Origin: a virus
Lineage: Duplodnaviria; Caudoviricetes
Length of the DNA: 64,000 bases
Virus record (IMG/VR): IMGVR_UViG_3300005973_000002
Strand: one strand, 5' to 3'
The position numbers and the translations under genes are program-made. Shown piece by piece: positions 37,761-46,200 of this stretch; position 1 is the first letter of the stretch; the number at the start of each line of letters is the position of its first letter. The notes under the pieces are model-generated. The model saw only the letters and a program-made list of their open reading frames with translations. It was not told where the DNA came from and made no database searches.

Positions 37761-37872
37761 TATAATTTGCCCAAACCCAAGTGAAACAATCTCATTCAGT
37801 GTTACAGCTTCATTTTACAGGATAAACAGCAAACAATAAATCAAGTTTGACCAAGTGTTGATATTTATCCTC

Positions 37873-38592
37873 GTGAGTATCGACATCAAAAGCCTTTCAG
37901 TTAAAGAAAAACTGAATGACGATATCTGGACGAAGGATAAGAAACTAAAGCCTGAAATTAGAGAAAGGCTTCTTACCCTTGCTGAAGATTTTTATAAAGA
38001 GCTTGACATTCCATGGGCAGAGCTTGAAGATATTAGGTTTACCGGCTCTCTTGCCAACTACAATTGGTCAAAATACAGTGATGTCGATCTTCATCTCGTT
38101 ATCGACTACACCCTTGTTGATGAAAACGTTGATCTTGTTGAAGAATATTTCAAAGCAAGAAAAAGTTTGTGGAATGATTATCACGACATCACCATCCATG
38201 GTTTTGACGTCGAAATATATGTTGAAGATGCTCAAGGAGAGCATTTTTCCTCTGGCGTGTACTCTGTACTGATGGATGAATGGGTAATCGAACCAAAACC
38301 GCAAAGTCCAAACATCGACAAAATGGCGATAAAAAATAAAGCAAAAGTAATCATGAGGTTGATCGACGATCTTGTTGTTGACAAACTTAAAGAAGGGGAT
38401 TACGACGGTGCTATTAAAGCCGCAGAATTAATGTCGGAAAAAATTAAGAAGATGAGACAGGGTGGTCTTGAATCTGGCGGCGAATACTCAGTAGAAAATC
38501 TAACGTTCAAGATACTCAGACGAAACGGAACTCTTGATAAGTTGTACGCAACCAAATTGGATGCATACGATAAAATGATGTCAATTGAATAA
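37873..38592 (+). CDS. Pol-beta superfamily nucleotidyltransferase
   Basis: FTGSLANYNWSKYSDVDLHL, VEIY; likely GTG start. Confidence 0.8.
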   Translation: MSIDIKSLSVKEKLNDDIWTKDKKLKPEIRERLLTLAEDFYKELDIPWAELEDIRFTGSLANYNWSKYSDVDLHLVIDYTLVDENVDLVEEYFKARKSLWNDYHDITIHGFDVEIYVEDAQGEHFSSGVYSVLMDEWVIEPKPQSPNIDKMAIKNKAKVIMRLIDDLVVDKLKEGDYDGAIKAAELMSEKIKKMRQGGLESGGEYSVENLTFKILRRNGTLDKLYATKLDAYDKMMSIE

Positions 38593-38643
38593 ACTTATTT
38601 GATTTGTTTGGTTTTCTCAAGTTTGAAGCTATAATCTCTAGAT

Positions 38644-39057
38644 TCAAACTGCCTCACAAAACAAATTTTTAATTTCATCTTCTATTTCATTTTTATGAAT
38701 TTTGCTTGGTATTGGAAAATAAACAACCTTGTCATTGACGATGAATTTAAAACAATAAAGCCAGTATGTTCTTTTCTCAAGTTCATCATACCAACGAAGT
38801 AAAACATAATCAACAAAGAAAAAAATGTCGCCGGGTGAAGACACCATAGTAAAAGAAGTTTTGTCAAGGCTGCGTTGACCCATCCACTCTGGATTCGTCA
38901 CATCTCCATAAACCCATACTAGGGACCTGTTCGAGGTATAAATCCTACCCTGTCTTAGACCCATACATTGCAAAATTTCTTCAACCTTTTTTTCTTGATT
39001 GCGCTTTGGCTTCTTTTTGTAAGGTGCTATTCTAGAAAATATATCATCAAAAGACAA
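38644..39057 (-). CDS. small SH3/KOW-like family protein
   Basis: LRQGRIYT ... FKFIVNDKVVYF. Confidence 0.55.
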   Translation of the reverse strand: MSFDDIFSRIAPYKKKPKRNQEKKVEEILQCMGLRQGRIYTSNRSLVWVYGDVTNPEWMGQRSLDKTSFTMVSSPGDIFFFVDYVLLRWYDELEKRTYWLYCFKFIVNDKVVYFPIPSKIHKNEIEDEIKNLFCEAV

Positions 39058-39083
39058 GTTGTTTCTCCGAGTGCAGCTTCATT

Positions 39084-39398
39084 CTACTGTTCTTTGCTAT
39101 CAAAATCTTCAAACCTAACAATGAACACTTTTCCGTAAAGAGTTTTACGCTCGACCCAAGTTTTCGACCAGGTTTTCTTTTCTTTTTCAATCTTGACCCA
39201 GCCTTCTTGGTCATCCGCCTCAACTGCATCTGGCTCAATTTTGCCATTTAATTCAACTTTATAGTTTTCAAATTTAGGATCATCAGCTTTGTATCTCATA
39301 ACTCTCTCCAGAGACATATTCCCAATAATTGGTCCAATCAAATTGAACAACCACAACCCCTGTGTTGTTTTTTCCGGGCGGTATCGGCACTTCTTCAT
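39084..39398 (-). CDS. hypothetical protein
   Basis: ORF track; true start probably MSLERV. Confidence 0.55.
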   Translation of the reverse strand: MKKCRYRPEKTTQGLWLFNLIGPIIGNMSLERVMRYKADDPKFENYKVELNGKIEPDAVEADDQEGWVKIEKEKKTWSKTWVERKTLYGKVFIVRFEDFDSKEQ

Positions 39399-39651
39399 AC
39401 CATCTTAGACTTACCGGTTCTCCACCTACAAAGAAGTGAAAAAGCCATAGCTCATTATCGATATTTTTATCTTTATGCCAAGGTGGACCACATAGTGCAG
39501 CCTTTTCAGAAAAGAGAAAAAGCACATACGAACCAATATCCATAACATGGTTATGATCAAAAGGATACTTCTGGATAACTCTTAGTAATTTTCCAGGAGT
39601 TGGAAGAGAAACATTAGGACTCTTCGCTGTGTCGTCTCTCCATTTCCACAT
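39283..39651 (-). CDS. small SH3/KOW-like family protein
   Basis: PTPGKLLRV ... FHFFVGGEPV. Confidence 0.5.
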   Translation of the reverse strand: MWKWRDDTAKSPNVSLPTPGKLLRVIQKYPFDHNHVMDIGSYVLFLFSEKAALCGPPWHKDKNIDNELWLFHFFVGGEPVSLRWYEEVPIPPGKNNTGVVVVQFDWTNYWEYVSGESYEIQS

Positions 39652-40042
39652 GTTGTTTAGGATAATCTACCGCTGCAAGCTTTTTCAAAAGCTTTTTGAA
39701 ATGTTTGATTTCATCAACAGCTTCACGATCCCACGTTTCCAGTTTTTCATATTCTTCGTTGGAAACTTCATCCAATCCTTCGTCAAAATATAGGATTTTC
39801 TCAATCGCTGCCTTAGCTCCGCAGATGGCCATCTTGAGATGAAACTCAACTGTTTCTTTCCAGTTTGCACCCTGACTACCTGTTCCTGACGTGGGATGCC
39901 AATTATGGCGGGTGGTGGCCATGACAGCTTCTACCATGTGAAGCTCTGCAAATCTATTACAATATTCGATAAAATCTTTCTTGGTGAGATTGCCGTCTGC
40001 AAAATCTTTTTTCAGCATGTTCATACAAGTTTTTGCGGACAT
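39614..40042 (-). CDS. hypothetical helical protein
   Basis: 142-aa ORF. Confidence 0.6.
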   Translation of the reverse strand: MSAKTCMNMLKKDFADGNLTKKDFIEYCNRFAELHMVEAVMATTRHNWHPTSGTGSQGANWKETVEFHLKMAICGAKAAIEKILYFDEGLDEVSNEEYEKLETWDREAVDEIKHFKKLLKKLAAVDYPKQHVEMERRHSEES

Positions 40043-40137
40043 GTCATGTCCCTGGCCCGCATACGATTCGGAAGCACGGTCTTGAACGATGCTTCATACA
40101 GTTTCATTCTGTCGCCTAATGTTGTTTTGTCGGTCAT
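40021..40137 (-). pseudogene. truncated tRNA-His guanylyltransferase (Thg1-like) N-terminus
   Basis: MTDKTTLGDRMKLYEASFKTVLPNRM matches the Thg1-like start LGDRMK.YE......LP.R, then diverges and stops at 38 aa. Confidence 0.6.
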
Positions 40138-40406
40138 AGCAGTTTTCCAGTAAACAAAATTCTAAGTCTCTTACCTAGGCCATGAACACAATCTCTTTCT
40201 TCTATGTCGTGTCTTAGCTTATCAAAACAGGTCTTGCATAAAACCAATTTTCCTGGACTATTAAACTTGTAATCGTTCATCCAGCGTCCAACCCCTAATG
40301 TATTTTCTTCGCTATCACAATTTGCGCAACGACACGGTGCTGTACGATAACTGTCTCTTCTCGGAGTTGAGGGTGGTGTTCGCCAAGGGTAAGGTGTTTT
40401 AATCAT
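40134..40406 (-). CDS. hypothetical zinc-ribbon protein
   Basis: CANC ... CKTC. Confidence 0.55.
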   Translation of the reverse strand: MIKTPYPWRTPPSTPRRDSYRTAPCRCANCDSEENTLGVGRWMNDYKFNSPGKLVLCKTCFDKLRHDIEERDCVHGLGKRLRILFTGKLL

Positions 40407-40414
40407 AAATCTTT

Positions 40415-40942
40415 CTATACGTAAATTTTTCTATAATATGTTTCAAGCTTTGGCCATTTTGGACCTGGGTGACCGTTCATTCTATGGGTTCCAGAGATAA
40501 ACCCCATTGTCTGCCGAAGGTATGTTTTTGCTCGCCTATGTTTTTTTCTTTTGGAGAATCGACCATAGACTCGTCGAGCTTCATCCAAAGTAAAAAACGC
40601 ATCATCACCAATATAAGCAGCGTGTCCAATGGGCCAATCAACCCAAGGGAGTATATTATAAATAAATGTTCCCTTTAGAGCCTCCAAATCAATTGATCTG
40701 TTTGTTTCGGGATTTTCATCCCAAATGATCCAGGTACTATTTTTCCGCTCTCCAATGAAATCAGGGAAATTGTGAACGTAGGTCACATCTTGCACTTTAG
40801 CCTTCACATAGAAGGAAGAACAAAATACAAACAATTCATCACCAGGTCGAACAATCCTTCTGACCGGGCACGATTCTGAAATTGGATAATTTTCTGGGTT
40901 GTATTCGGTCATCTGTATGGTCCTGAAAAACGAGATTGACAT
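40415..40942 (-). CDS. hypothetical protein
   Basis: 175-aa ORF. Confidence 0.6.
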   Translation of the reverse strand: MSISFFRTIQMTEYNPENYPISESCPVRRIVRPGDELFVFCSSFYVKAKVQDVTYVHNFPDFIGERKNSTWIIWDENPETNRSIDLEALKGTFIYNILPWVDWPIGHAAYIGDDAFFTLDEARRVYGRFSKRKKHRRAKTYLRQTMGFISGTHRMNGHPGPKWPKLETYYRKIYV

Positions 40943-40947
40943 TCTTC

Positions 40948-41424
40948 TTATTCTCCAATCACTTGGACTTCGGTCTCATCAATATCATTGATGTCAATCG
41001 TAACAACTCGTCCTGAGCCAGTGCAAACAATTCGGCCGTCACTACTAATACCACGAGAAGTAGAGATTTTGGTTATGCCAGTAAAAGTAAGTCCAAGTGC
41101 TTCACAAGAAGGCGAATATTGTTCTCGTTCAGCCGCAGCACTTTGCTCCCTTAGGTCCATGTGAAGATTTTCACATCCTTTGAAAGTTGTAAAAATGATT
41201 AAGACCAAGATTGCAAGACCTAGTAGAACAAATGAACCTATTCCAAAAATTTCCCAGCCTCCCCATTGAATAATGGATTGAAAACATTGTTTCACGAGAA
41301 CCCAAAACGGTGGCACTAAATGAGCACCTTCGAGACGTCTGCGCAAGCGGTCAATTTGTTCTCGGGCTTCTTTGTCGATGAAATTTTCTGTTTGAAATTC
41401 ACCAGACTCTTCTGATTTGCTCAT
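40948..41424 (-). CDS. membrane protein
   Basis: Central TM helix. Confidence 0.6.
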   Translation of the reverse strand: MSKSEESGEFQTENFIDKEAREQIDRLRRRLEGAHLVPPFWVLVKQCFQSIIQWGGWEIFGIGSFVLLGLAILVLIIFTTFKGCENLHMDLREQSAAAEREQYSPSCEALGLTFTGITKISTSRGISSDGRIVCTGSGRVVTIDINDIDETEVQVIGE

Positions 41425-41477
41425 TTTACACTCCGTGGATAGTTCTTAGTATCTGAACTTATCTCTACGGTAGCATA

Positions 41478-41515
41478 TAAAAAAATCCGGATAAACTCAA
41501 AAGGCTATCCGGATT
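41478..41515 (-). terminator. Rho-independent terminator
   Basis: aatccggata / tatccggatt 10-bp inverted repeat followed by a T run on the - strand. Confidence 0.6.
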
Positions 41516-41548
41516 ATACATTTATTTTTTGACACTTTGTAGTATGGG

Positions 41549-41797
41549 CTATTTAGATGATTTAAGCTCTTTTTCTTTCTTTTGGAGCTTTGCATACAAT
41601 TGCTTTACTTTATCTTTTTTTTCTTGCAATGCTTTAAGCTGCTTACGGGCTCTCACCCTTTTTGCTTTACTCTCATTCAAACGACGATTTTGTGTTTTTT
41701 TGGCTTCATTGATCTTGTGATCAAGTTCTTCTTCAAGAACTTCGTAAATTGTATCTCTGATAGTTTCAAGCAATTGTTCTTTGTTTAGCTTTGTCAT
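41549..41797 (-). CDS. small coiled-coil protein
   Basis: GGAG RBS; basic coiled coil. Confidence 0.65.
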   Translation of the reverse strand: MTKLNKEQLLETIRDTIYEVLEEELDHKINEAKKTQNRRLNESKAKRVRARKQLKALQEKKDKVKQLYAKLQKKEKELKSSK

Positions 41798-41856
41798 TGT
41801 TTACTCCAACTTGCGCAAGTCATGAAATAAATATGGCGAAGATGAAGCTTTTTCAA

Positions 41857-42258
41857 CTAAATATCAGAACAATAATCTTGTAAAAAGCTTTCAGAGGGAC
41901 CCTCGTACCCATAATTTACATATCGATGTTTGGTTGAATATTTTTTAATCCAGCCCTTATCGTCCTTTTTTATGGCCTGAGCGTGTTTAAGCTTCCAACG
42001 AGCCCTGATCTTTTTCTGCCGGTTCTTTTCCTTGCCCTCAATTGAAATTGGCCTTAGAAGCTTTGACAGACCTTGGATTGTCACTCCAATATCGATACAC
42101 TCATCGGCGATGTCCTCGTTAAACTCCCTACCCGAATTGATTATACGAATAATTTCGTCAATTCGGTCTCTGTAGTCTCTAAGTTTTCTCCCAGCTTTAA
42201 TGAGATTTTTCGTTCGATGGACCTGTTCTGCTATTTTCTTTTCTTTCGTTGTGCCCAT
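41857..42258 (-). CDS. basic helical hypothetical protein
   Basis: 133-aa ORF overlapping the end of the upstream gene. Confidence 0.55.
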   Translation of the reverse strand: MGTTKEKKIAEQVHRTKNLIKAGRKLRDYRDRIDEIIRIINSGREFNEDIADECIDIGVTIQGLSKLLRPISIEGKEKNRQKKIRARWKLKHAQAIKKDDKGWIKKYSTKHRYVNYGYEGPSESFLQDYCSDI

Positions 42259-42884
42259 GTTTCCAAATACCTTGTAACTTGGTCAATCTTATGAAGTCGA
42301 TCGTTGAGATAGCGTAGATTTAATTCCGTTCCATCCAGTAATTGCTCCTGAAGAAGATTGGCAACTTCAAGCAAGTCCTTTAGGGCGGCAGCCAATTTCA
42401 TTTTTTTGTTTGTTTGTGCCGCCACTTTTGCAGCCTTTTCGTCTTGCTTTTTGGCTTTCCTATTTTCTTTCCTCTTGACAGAAAGACGTGCTTTATAGTC
42501 TTTCAGGGATAGTCCAGCTTTTTTTGCTCCCTTTTTTAGTTTTTCTCGGCGCTCTTGGGCCATTGCACGGTTGTGAGCCTTAATTGCTTCACTTTGAGCT
42601 TTTTCTACTTCCAAAAGAAGTTCTTTATAGTACGGCTTTTTATAGTCTTGGAGGTTGTCAATTTCAACCCAAGTTTTGCCTTTATCTCTACTATAAAAAC
42701 CAATAGTTTTGCTGCCATAGTGGCCACTCACAAACTCCCACTTGAGCCAAAATTTGTTAAATTTTCTTATTTCACCTGGCGTTTTTGGAAACTCTTGCCA
42801 GATGCTCGTCTGTCTGGATTTATCCCAAAGTTTTGGGATGGAATAGTAGCTTCCGTCTTTAATAACATAACTCATATTTGCCAT
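42231..42884 (-). CDS. basic hypothetical protein (paralog of the upstream gene)
   Basis: S.D.G.TW motif and Lys/Arg-rich helix shared with 42872..43537. Confidence 0.65.
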   Translation of the reverse strand: MANMSYVIKDGSYYSIPKLWDKSRQTSIWQEFPKTPGEIRKFNKFWLKWEFVSGHYGSKTIGFYSRDKGKTWVEIDNLQDYKKPYYKELLLEVEKAQSEAIKAHNRAMAQERREKLKKGAKKAGLSLKDYKARLSVKRKENRKAKKQDEKAAKVAAQTNKKMKLAAALKDLLEVANLLQEQLLDGTELNLRYLNDRLHKIDQVTRYLETWAQRKKRK

Positions 42885-43537
42885 TCCTTTAGGATGTCAA
42901 CAGCAGTTTGCAGCCTGCTCGTATAGCGGCTAACATGCGTAATTTTAACTTGGCCCGAATCGAGCTTCTCCATGACTCAATTGATTTCATCTTGGAGTTC
43001 TTTTAGAACAGGACCAACCTGAATCTTTCTGTTCAACAGTTCTACGTCTTTTTTGGTAGCCTGGCTCTTTCGAGCTTTTTTCTTTCTAGCCTTAAGCTCT
43101 TGAATAGTAATGCCTTTTTTATCGGCCTCTCTCTTTAATTCAGCCCGACGATTTCTTGCTCGTTCACGAGCACGCTGCCTTGCTCTTTCTTTTTTGCTAA
43201 TTTGAATAGCTTCTTCAAGCAACTCAACAAGCTTTCTATCAGAGGAGGAACGAACAGCCTCCCGTTCATATCTTTTGGTGTGGTTATCTTCCCGCCAGGT
43301 AAGACCATCATCCAAAGAAAACTTCTTTGTGAGTTTTATAGCGTAAGCGCCACGAACATTATTCCTTTCACGAATATGTGAAGTACGAATCTTTTCTACT
43401 GTCCATTTAAATAAAATTTTGTCGTGTTTTACGACCAAGTCTGGGGATTCTGGCCAGACTTTGAAGATGGCAGTATCAGCCCAATGCCTTGGTCGAAGTG
43501 ACTCAATTTTGTTTGTGGTTTCGTAGTAGTAAGCCAT
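42872..43537 (-). pseudogene. basic hypothetical protein interrupted by in-frame TGA at 42977-42979
   Basis: 34 in-frame codons after the TGA align with the paralog C-terminus and end overlapping the next start. Confidence 0.55.
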
Positions 43538-43674
43538 GAAGGCACTATACCAAATTGTCAGCTGGAATTCAAGACAAATAAAAAACCCGAAGCGATTGCT
43601 GACCAACCAATTTTTCAATCTTGGTTATAAGAACCGTATGACACTGATTAACATTTGCTTAAAAAGCAAATACT

Positions 43675-43748
43675 TGGCTGCGGGTGTAGGAGTCGAACCC
43701 ACATTAACCGATCCAGAGTCGGTTGTCTTGCCATTAGACGAACCCGCA
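43675..43748 (-). tRNA. tRNA-Gln (CTG)
   Basis: Acceptor TGCGGGT/ACCCGCA, ACCGA-CTCTGGA-TCGGT, GGTTCGACTCC, encoded CCA. Confidence 0.92.
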
Positions 43749-43859
43749 ATCAAGAGAATGGTTTAATGATAAACCTACCAATGTACCCGGCGTTTTACCA
43801 TTATACTATTCCCAAATGGTGGCTCTTTTCGAGCCTTGACTCTTCATGAGTTCTGTTAA

Positions 43860-44042
43860 TTATTTGTTAACTTTGCTTTTTACAAACTTAACAAGCTTTG
43901 GAACACCCCAGGAAAGCACCAATCCACCGCCAACAAGCAATGCTGCGACTGCGAGATTTGGAACGCCCCAGACTGCTAGATGCAAACAAAGAAGTGCTGC
44001 CGCTGGCCCACCCCAAAGTGCTACTGTCTTAAGTTTATCCAT
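43860..44042 (-). CDS. small membrane protein
   Basis: Two hydrophobic segments. Confidence 0.55.
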   Translation of the reverse strand: MDKLKTVALWGGPAAALLCLHLAVWGVPNLAVAALLVGGGLVLSWGVPKLVKFVKSKVNK

Positions 44043-44130
44043 CTTTCTCTACCTTTCTGAGGAAACATTCCTCAAATAACAAGTAGAGTATACAACGAAC
44101 AGTATCCACATTGATAAGTGACTTTTATTT

Positions 44131-44505
44131 TCAGTTTTTGAGCTTATTTCTCCAATAGGTTCTACCCTCTTCTTCGTTGAGATGAAACATGAAATATACG
44201 CCCAAATTTATCAAAACCCAAACAACTATTGCCAAAGCAATCCATTTACCAAACAAACCAAGAGACATTGCAACTATTGCAGGTAACATACCACCATAAA
44301 GAAGAATCGCATTAATCATTGGCAGAGCCAAATCCCCACCAGATTTATCTACTTCATACCAACCCCATTTAATCATACCAGAAAGAGCCCAAAACCATAG
44401 CCAAATTAGATATTTGAATGGCCTGATAGGCGAAAAATGTTTCGGTTTCTTGGGTGGCATTGGAATAAAATCCCTCCCATGAGGATCAGACATGTTTTTC
44501 TCCAT
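44131..44505 (-). CDS. membrane protein
   Basis: Three hydrophobic segments. Confidence 0.6.
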   Translation of the reverse strand: MEKNMSDPHGRDFIPMPPKKPKHFSPIRPFKYLIWLWFWALSGMIKWGWYEVDKSGGDLALPMINAILLYGGMLPAIVAMSLGLFGKWIALAIVVWVLINLGVYFMFHLNEEEGRTYWRNKLKN

Positions 44506-44860
44506 CGGTAGCGGTTGTCAAATGCTCAGATGCAATCCAATATAATCGTTCTTGCAATAAGACTTTATAATACCAAGTTCCAGCTCCGTGCTTCTGCTCA
44601 AAGCAGAAATTTAGAACCATTCCACAACCTTCTTGTGGCGGGTTCGACAGTGGTCCAAGAGTAATATCCAAAATTCCAGGCTCGCTTGGATCAATACTCT
44701 CTGCTGCCCATTTCTTGTCTTCGGTTACCGAAGAAGATTTGGAAGTAGCCAAAAAGATACGTTGCCCATATCCACGAGTCATTAACTTTAATGGATGGGT
44801 AAAATAAACAATTTGCCCAGATTCAAATTGCTTCTTCTTTGGCAGGCTTTTGTTCATCAT
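44486..44860 (-). CDS. small SH3/KOW-like family protein
   Basis: FESGQIVYF ... YKVLLQERLYWI. Confidence 0.65.
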   Translation of the reverse strand: MMNKSLPKKKQFESGQIVYFTHPLKLMTRGYGQRIFLATSKSSSVTEDKKWAAESIDPSEPGILDITLGPLSNPPQEGCGMVLNFCFEQKHGAGTWYYKVLLQERLYWIASEHLTTATDGEKHV

Positions 44861-45134
44861 ACACTAACACAAATGCAAGATTGTTTATATTCGTATCAAA
44901 GATGCCTTTTCGTGAAAGAATTCTCATACACCAAGGATTGCAAAATCCAAGTAGTAAAACTGGCTGTCCAGCCTTTGACTCAGGAATCCACTGCCAACCA
45001 TTTTTGGCACTGGCTACTGGATGACAATTCCCTTGCTTGTCATCACATAAATCAGTTTGTCCCTTGATACCAACCAAGGAACCGGGAAGAGGGCACCATT
45101 TTTTATATTCGATCCTCAAAAGCTTATAATTCAT
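44823..45134 (-). CDS. small SH3/KOW-like family protein
   Basis: PLPGSLVGIK ... MRILSRKGIF. Confidence 0.55.
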   Translation of the reverse strand: MNYKLLRIEYKKWCPLPGSLVGIKGQTDLCDDKQGNCHPVASAKNGWQWIPESKAGQPVLLLGFCNPWCMRILSRKGIFDTNINNLAFVLVYDEQKPAKEEAI

Positions 45135-45648
45135 ATACGTTTATAGTAATATTTGTGTCCTTAACGGCCTTTTCCATAAGTTTTTTAACCAAGCCCTTGT
45201 CAAGGGCACCAAGACCACAACCAATCCATGGCATTGCCACTGTTTTCAGTTCAGAGTTGGATTTGGCTCTTTCTAAGTTGATCTCCTGTAAAGATCGTAC
45301 CATGTTTTTGAGACTGCTTTCGACTGCGCTATACGTTGCCGGAAGTCGCCAATGTGATTTGATGGCAAGATTATACACCCAGGTAGAGACAGCCTCTTTT
45401 TCTTCAATTCTACCAAGAGAATTATGAAAAAGAATCGTCTCATAGTCTTCAAAAAGCCAAGCCATTCCAGGAATTATCCTGCCTTCTTTACATTCATGAC
45501 GGTAAGCTTCGTACATTTGCGGAAACCGTCTTTTGAATTCGACAGCGATGCCTTTGCCCATGGCACCGGCACAATTTACCCCGTGAGCCAAAACCCGCTG
45601 CTCCATGACAGCATCGAACAAATTTCCCCTAAAAACTTTCACTGACAT
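45124..45648 (-). CDS. macrodomain (DarG-like ADP-ribose glycohydrolase family)
   Basis: GNLF, HGVNCAGAMGKGIAVEFKRRFP, AMPWIGCGLG. Confidence 0.88.
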   Translation of the reverse strand: MSVKVFRGNLFDAVMEQRVLAHGVNCAGAMGKGIAVEFKRRFPQMYEAYRHECKEGRIIPGMAWLFEDYETILFHNSLGRIEEKEAVSTWVYNLAIKSHWRLPATYSAVESSLKNMVRSLQEINLERAKSNSELKTVAMPWIGCGLGALDKGLVKKLMEKAVKDTNITINVYEL

Positions 45649-45925
45649 TGATTTTATTCAAAGCCTTTCTTTTTATGAAGACGACTCTTTCATCCCAAAG
45701 ACATCGGATGCGATCTGATTCAAAAAACGGAGCAACAGAGCCTTCAAGTGCGAGTACGATTGAGCCATGAGGAATACGCACAAAATTACCGCCACCTTTA
45801 ACATAAGCGGTTACAAAGGCTGGTTCAGCGAAGCCGGCAAACTCAAGCTTGTTAAAATACTTCTCATGAATATCATCATAAAAAGCATTTACAATGAGCA
45901 TTTCTCCTGCTTTGCACCAATACAT
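45629..45925 (-). CDS. small SH3/KOW-like family protein
   Basis: KAGEMLIV ... RCLWDERVVFI. Confidence 0.6.
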   Translation of the reverse strand: MYWCKAGEMLIVNAFYDDIHEKYFNKLEFAGFAEPAFVTAYVKGGGNFVRIPHGSIVLALEGSVAPFFESDRIRCLWDERVVFIKRKALNKINVSESF

Positions 45926-46200
45926 GATTCTCTCGCTACGTTATTGGAATTTGCTACCCACACTTCGCCTTCATACAAAACTCTTATCAAGGCTTGATCA
46001 CCATCCTGGGGTTTAGAATCCAAAGCCATCAAAACAGTCCCGGCAGGAATTGTCGAATTAGATTCGATACAAGAACCGCTTTCTGTCTTAAAAAAGACTT
46101 TTGGCCAAACGCCATCTGGATCACCTTTAGAGAGATAATGCTCTCTGGTAATTTTTACCAGGTCTCCTGCCACCCAATCATTTAGACGTTTATTGATCAT
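45889..46200 (-). CDS. small SH3/KOW-like family protein
   Basis: WVAGDLVKI ... RVLYEGEVWV. Confidence 0.65.
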   Translation of the reverse strand: MINKRLNDWVAGDLVKITREHYLSKGDPDGVWPKVFFKTESGSCIESNSTIPAGTVLMALDSKPQDGDQALIRVLYEGEVWVANSNNVARESCIGAKQEKCSL

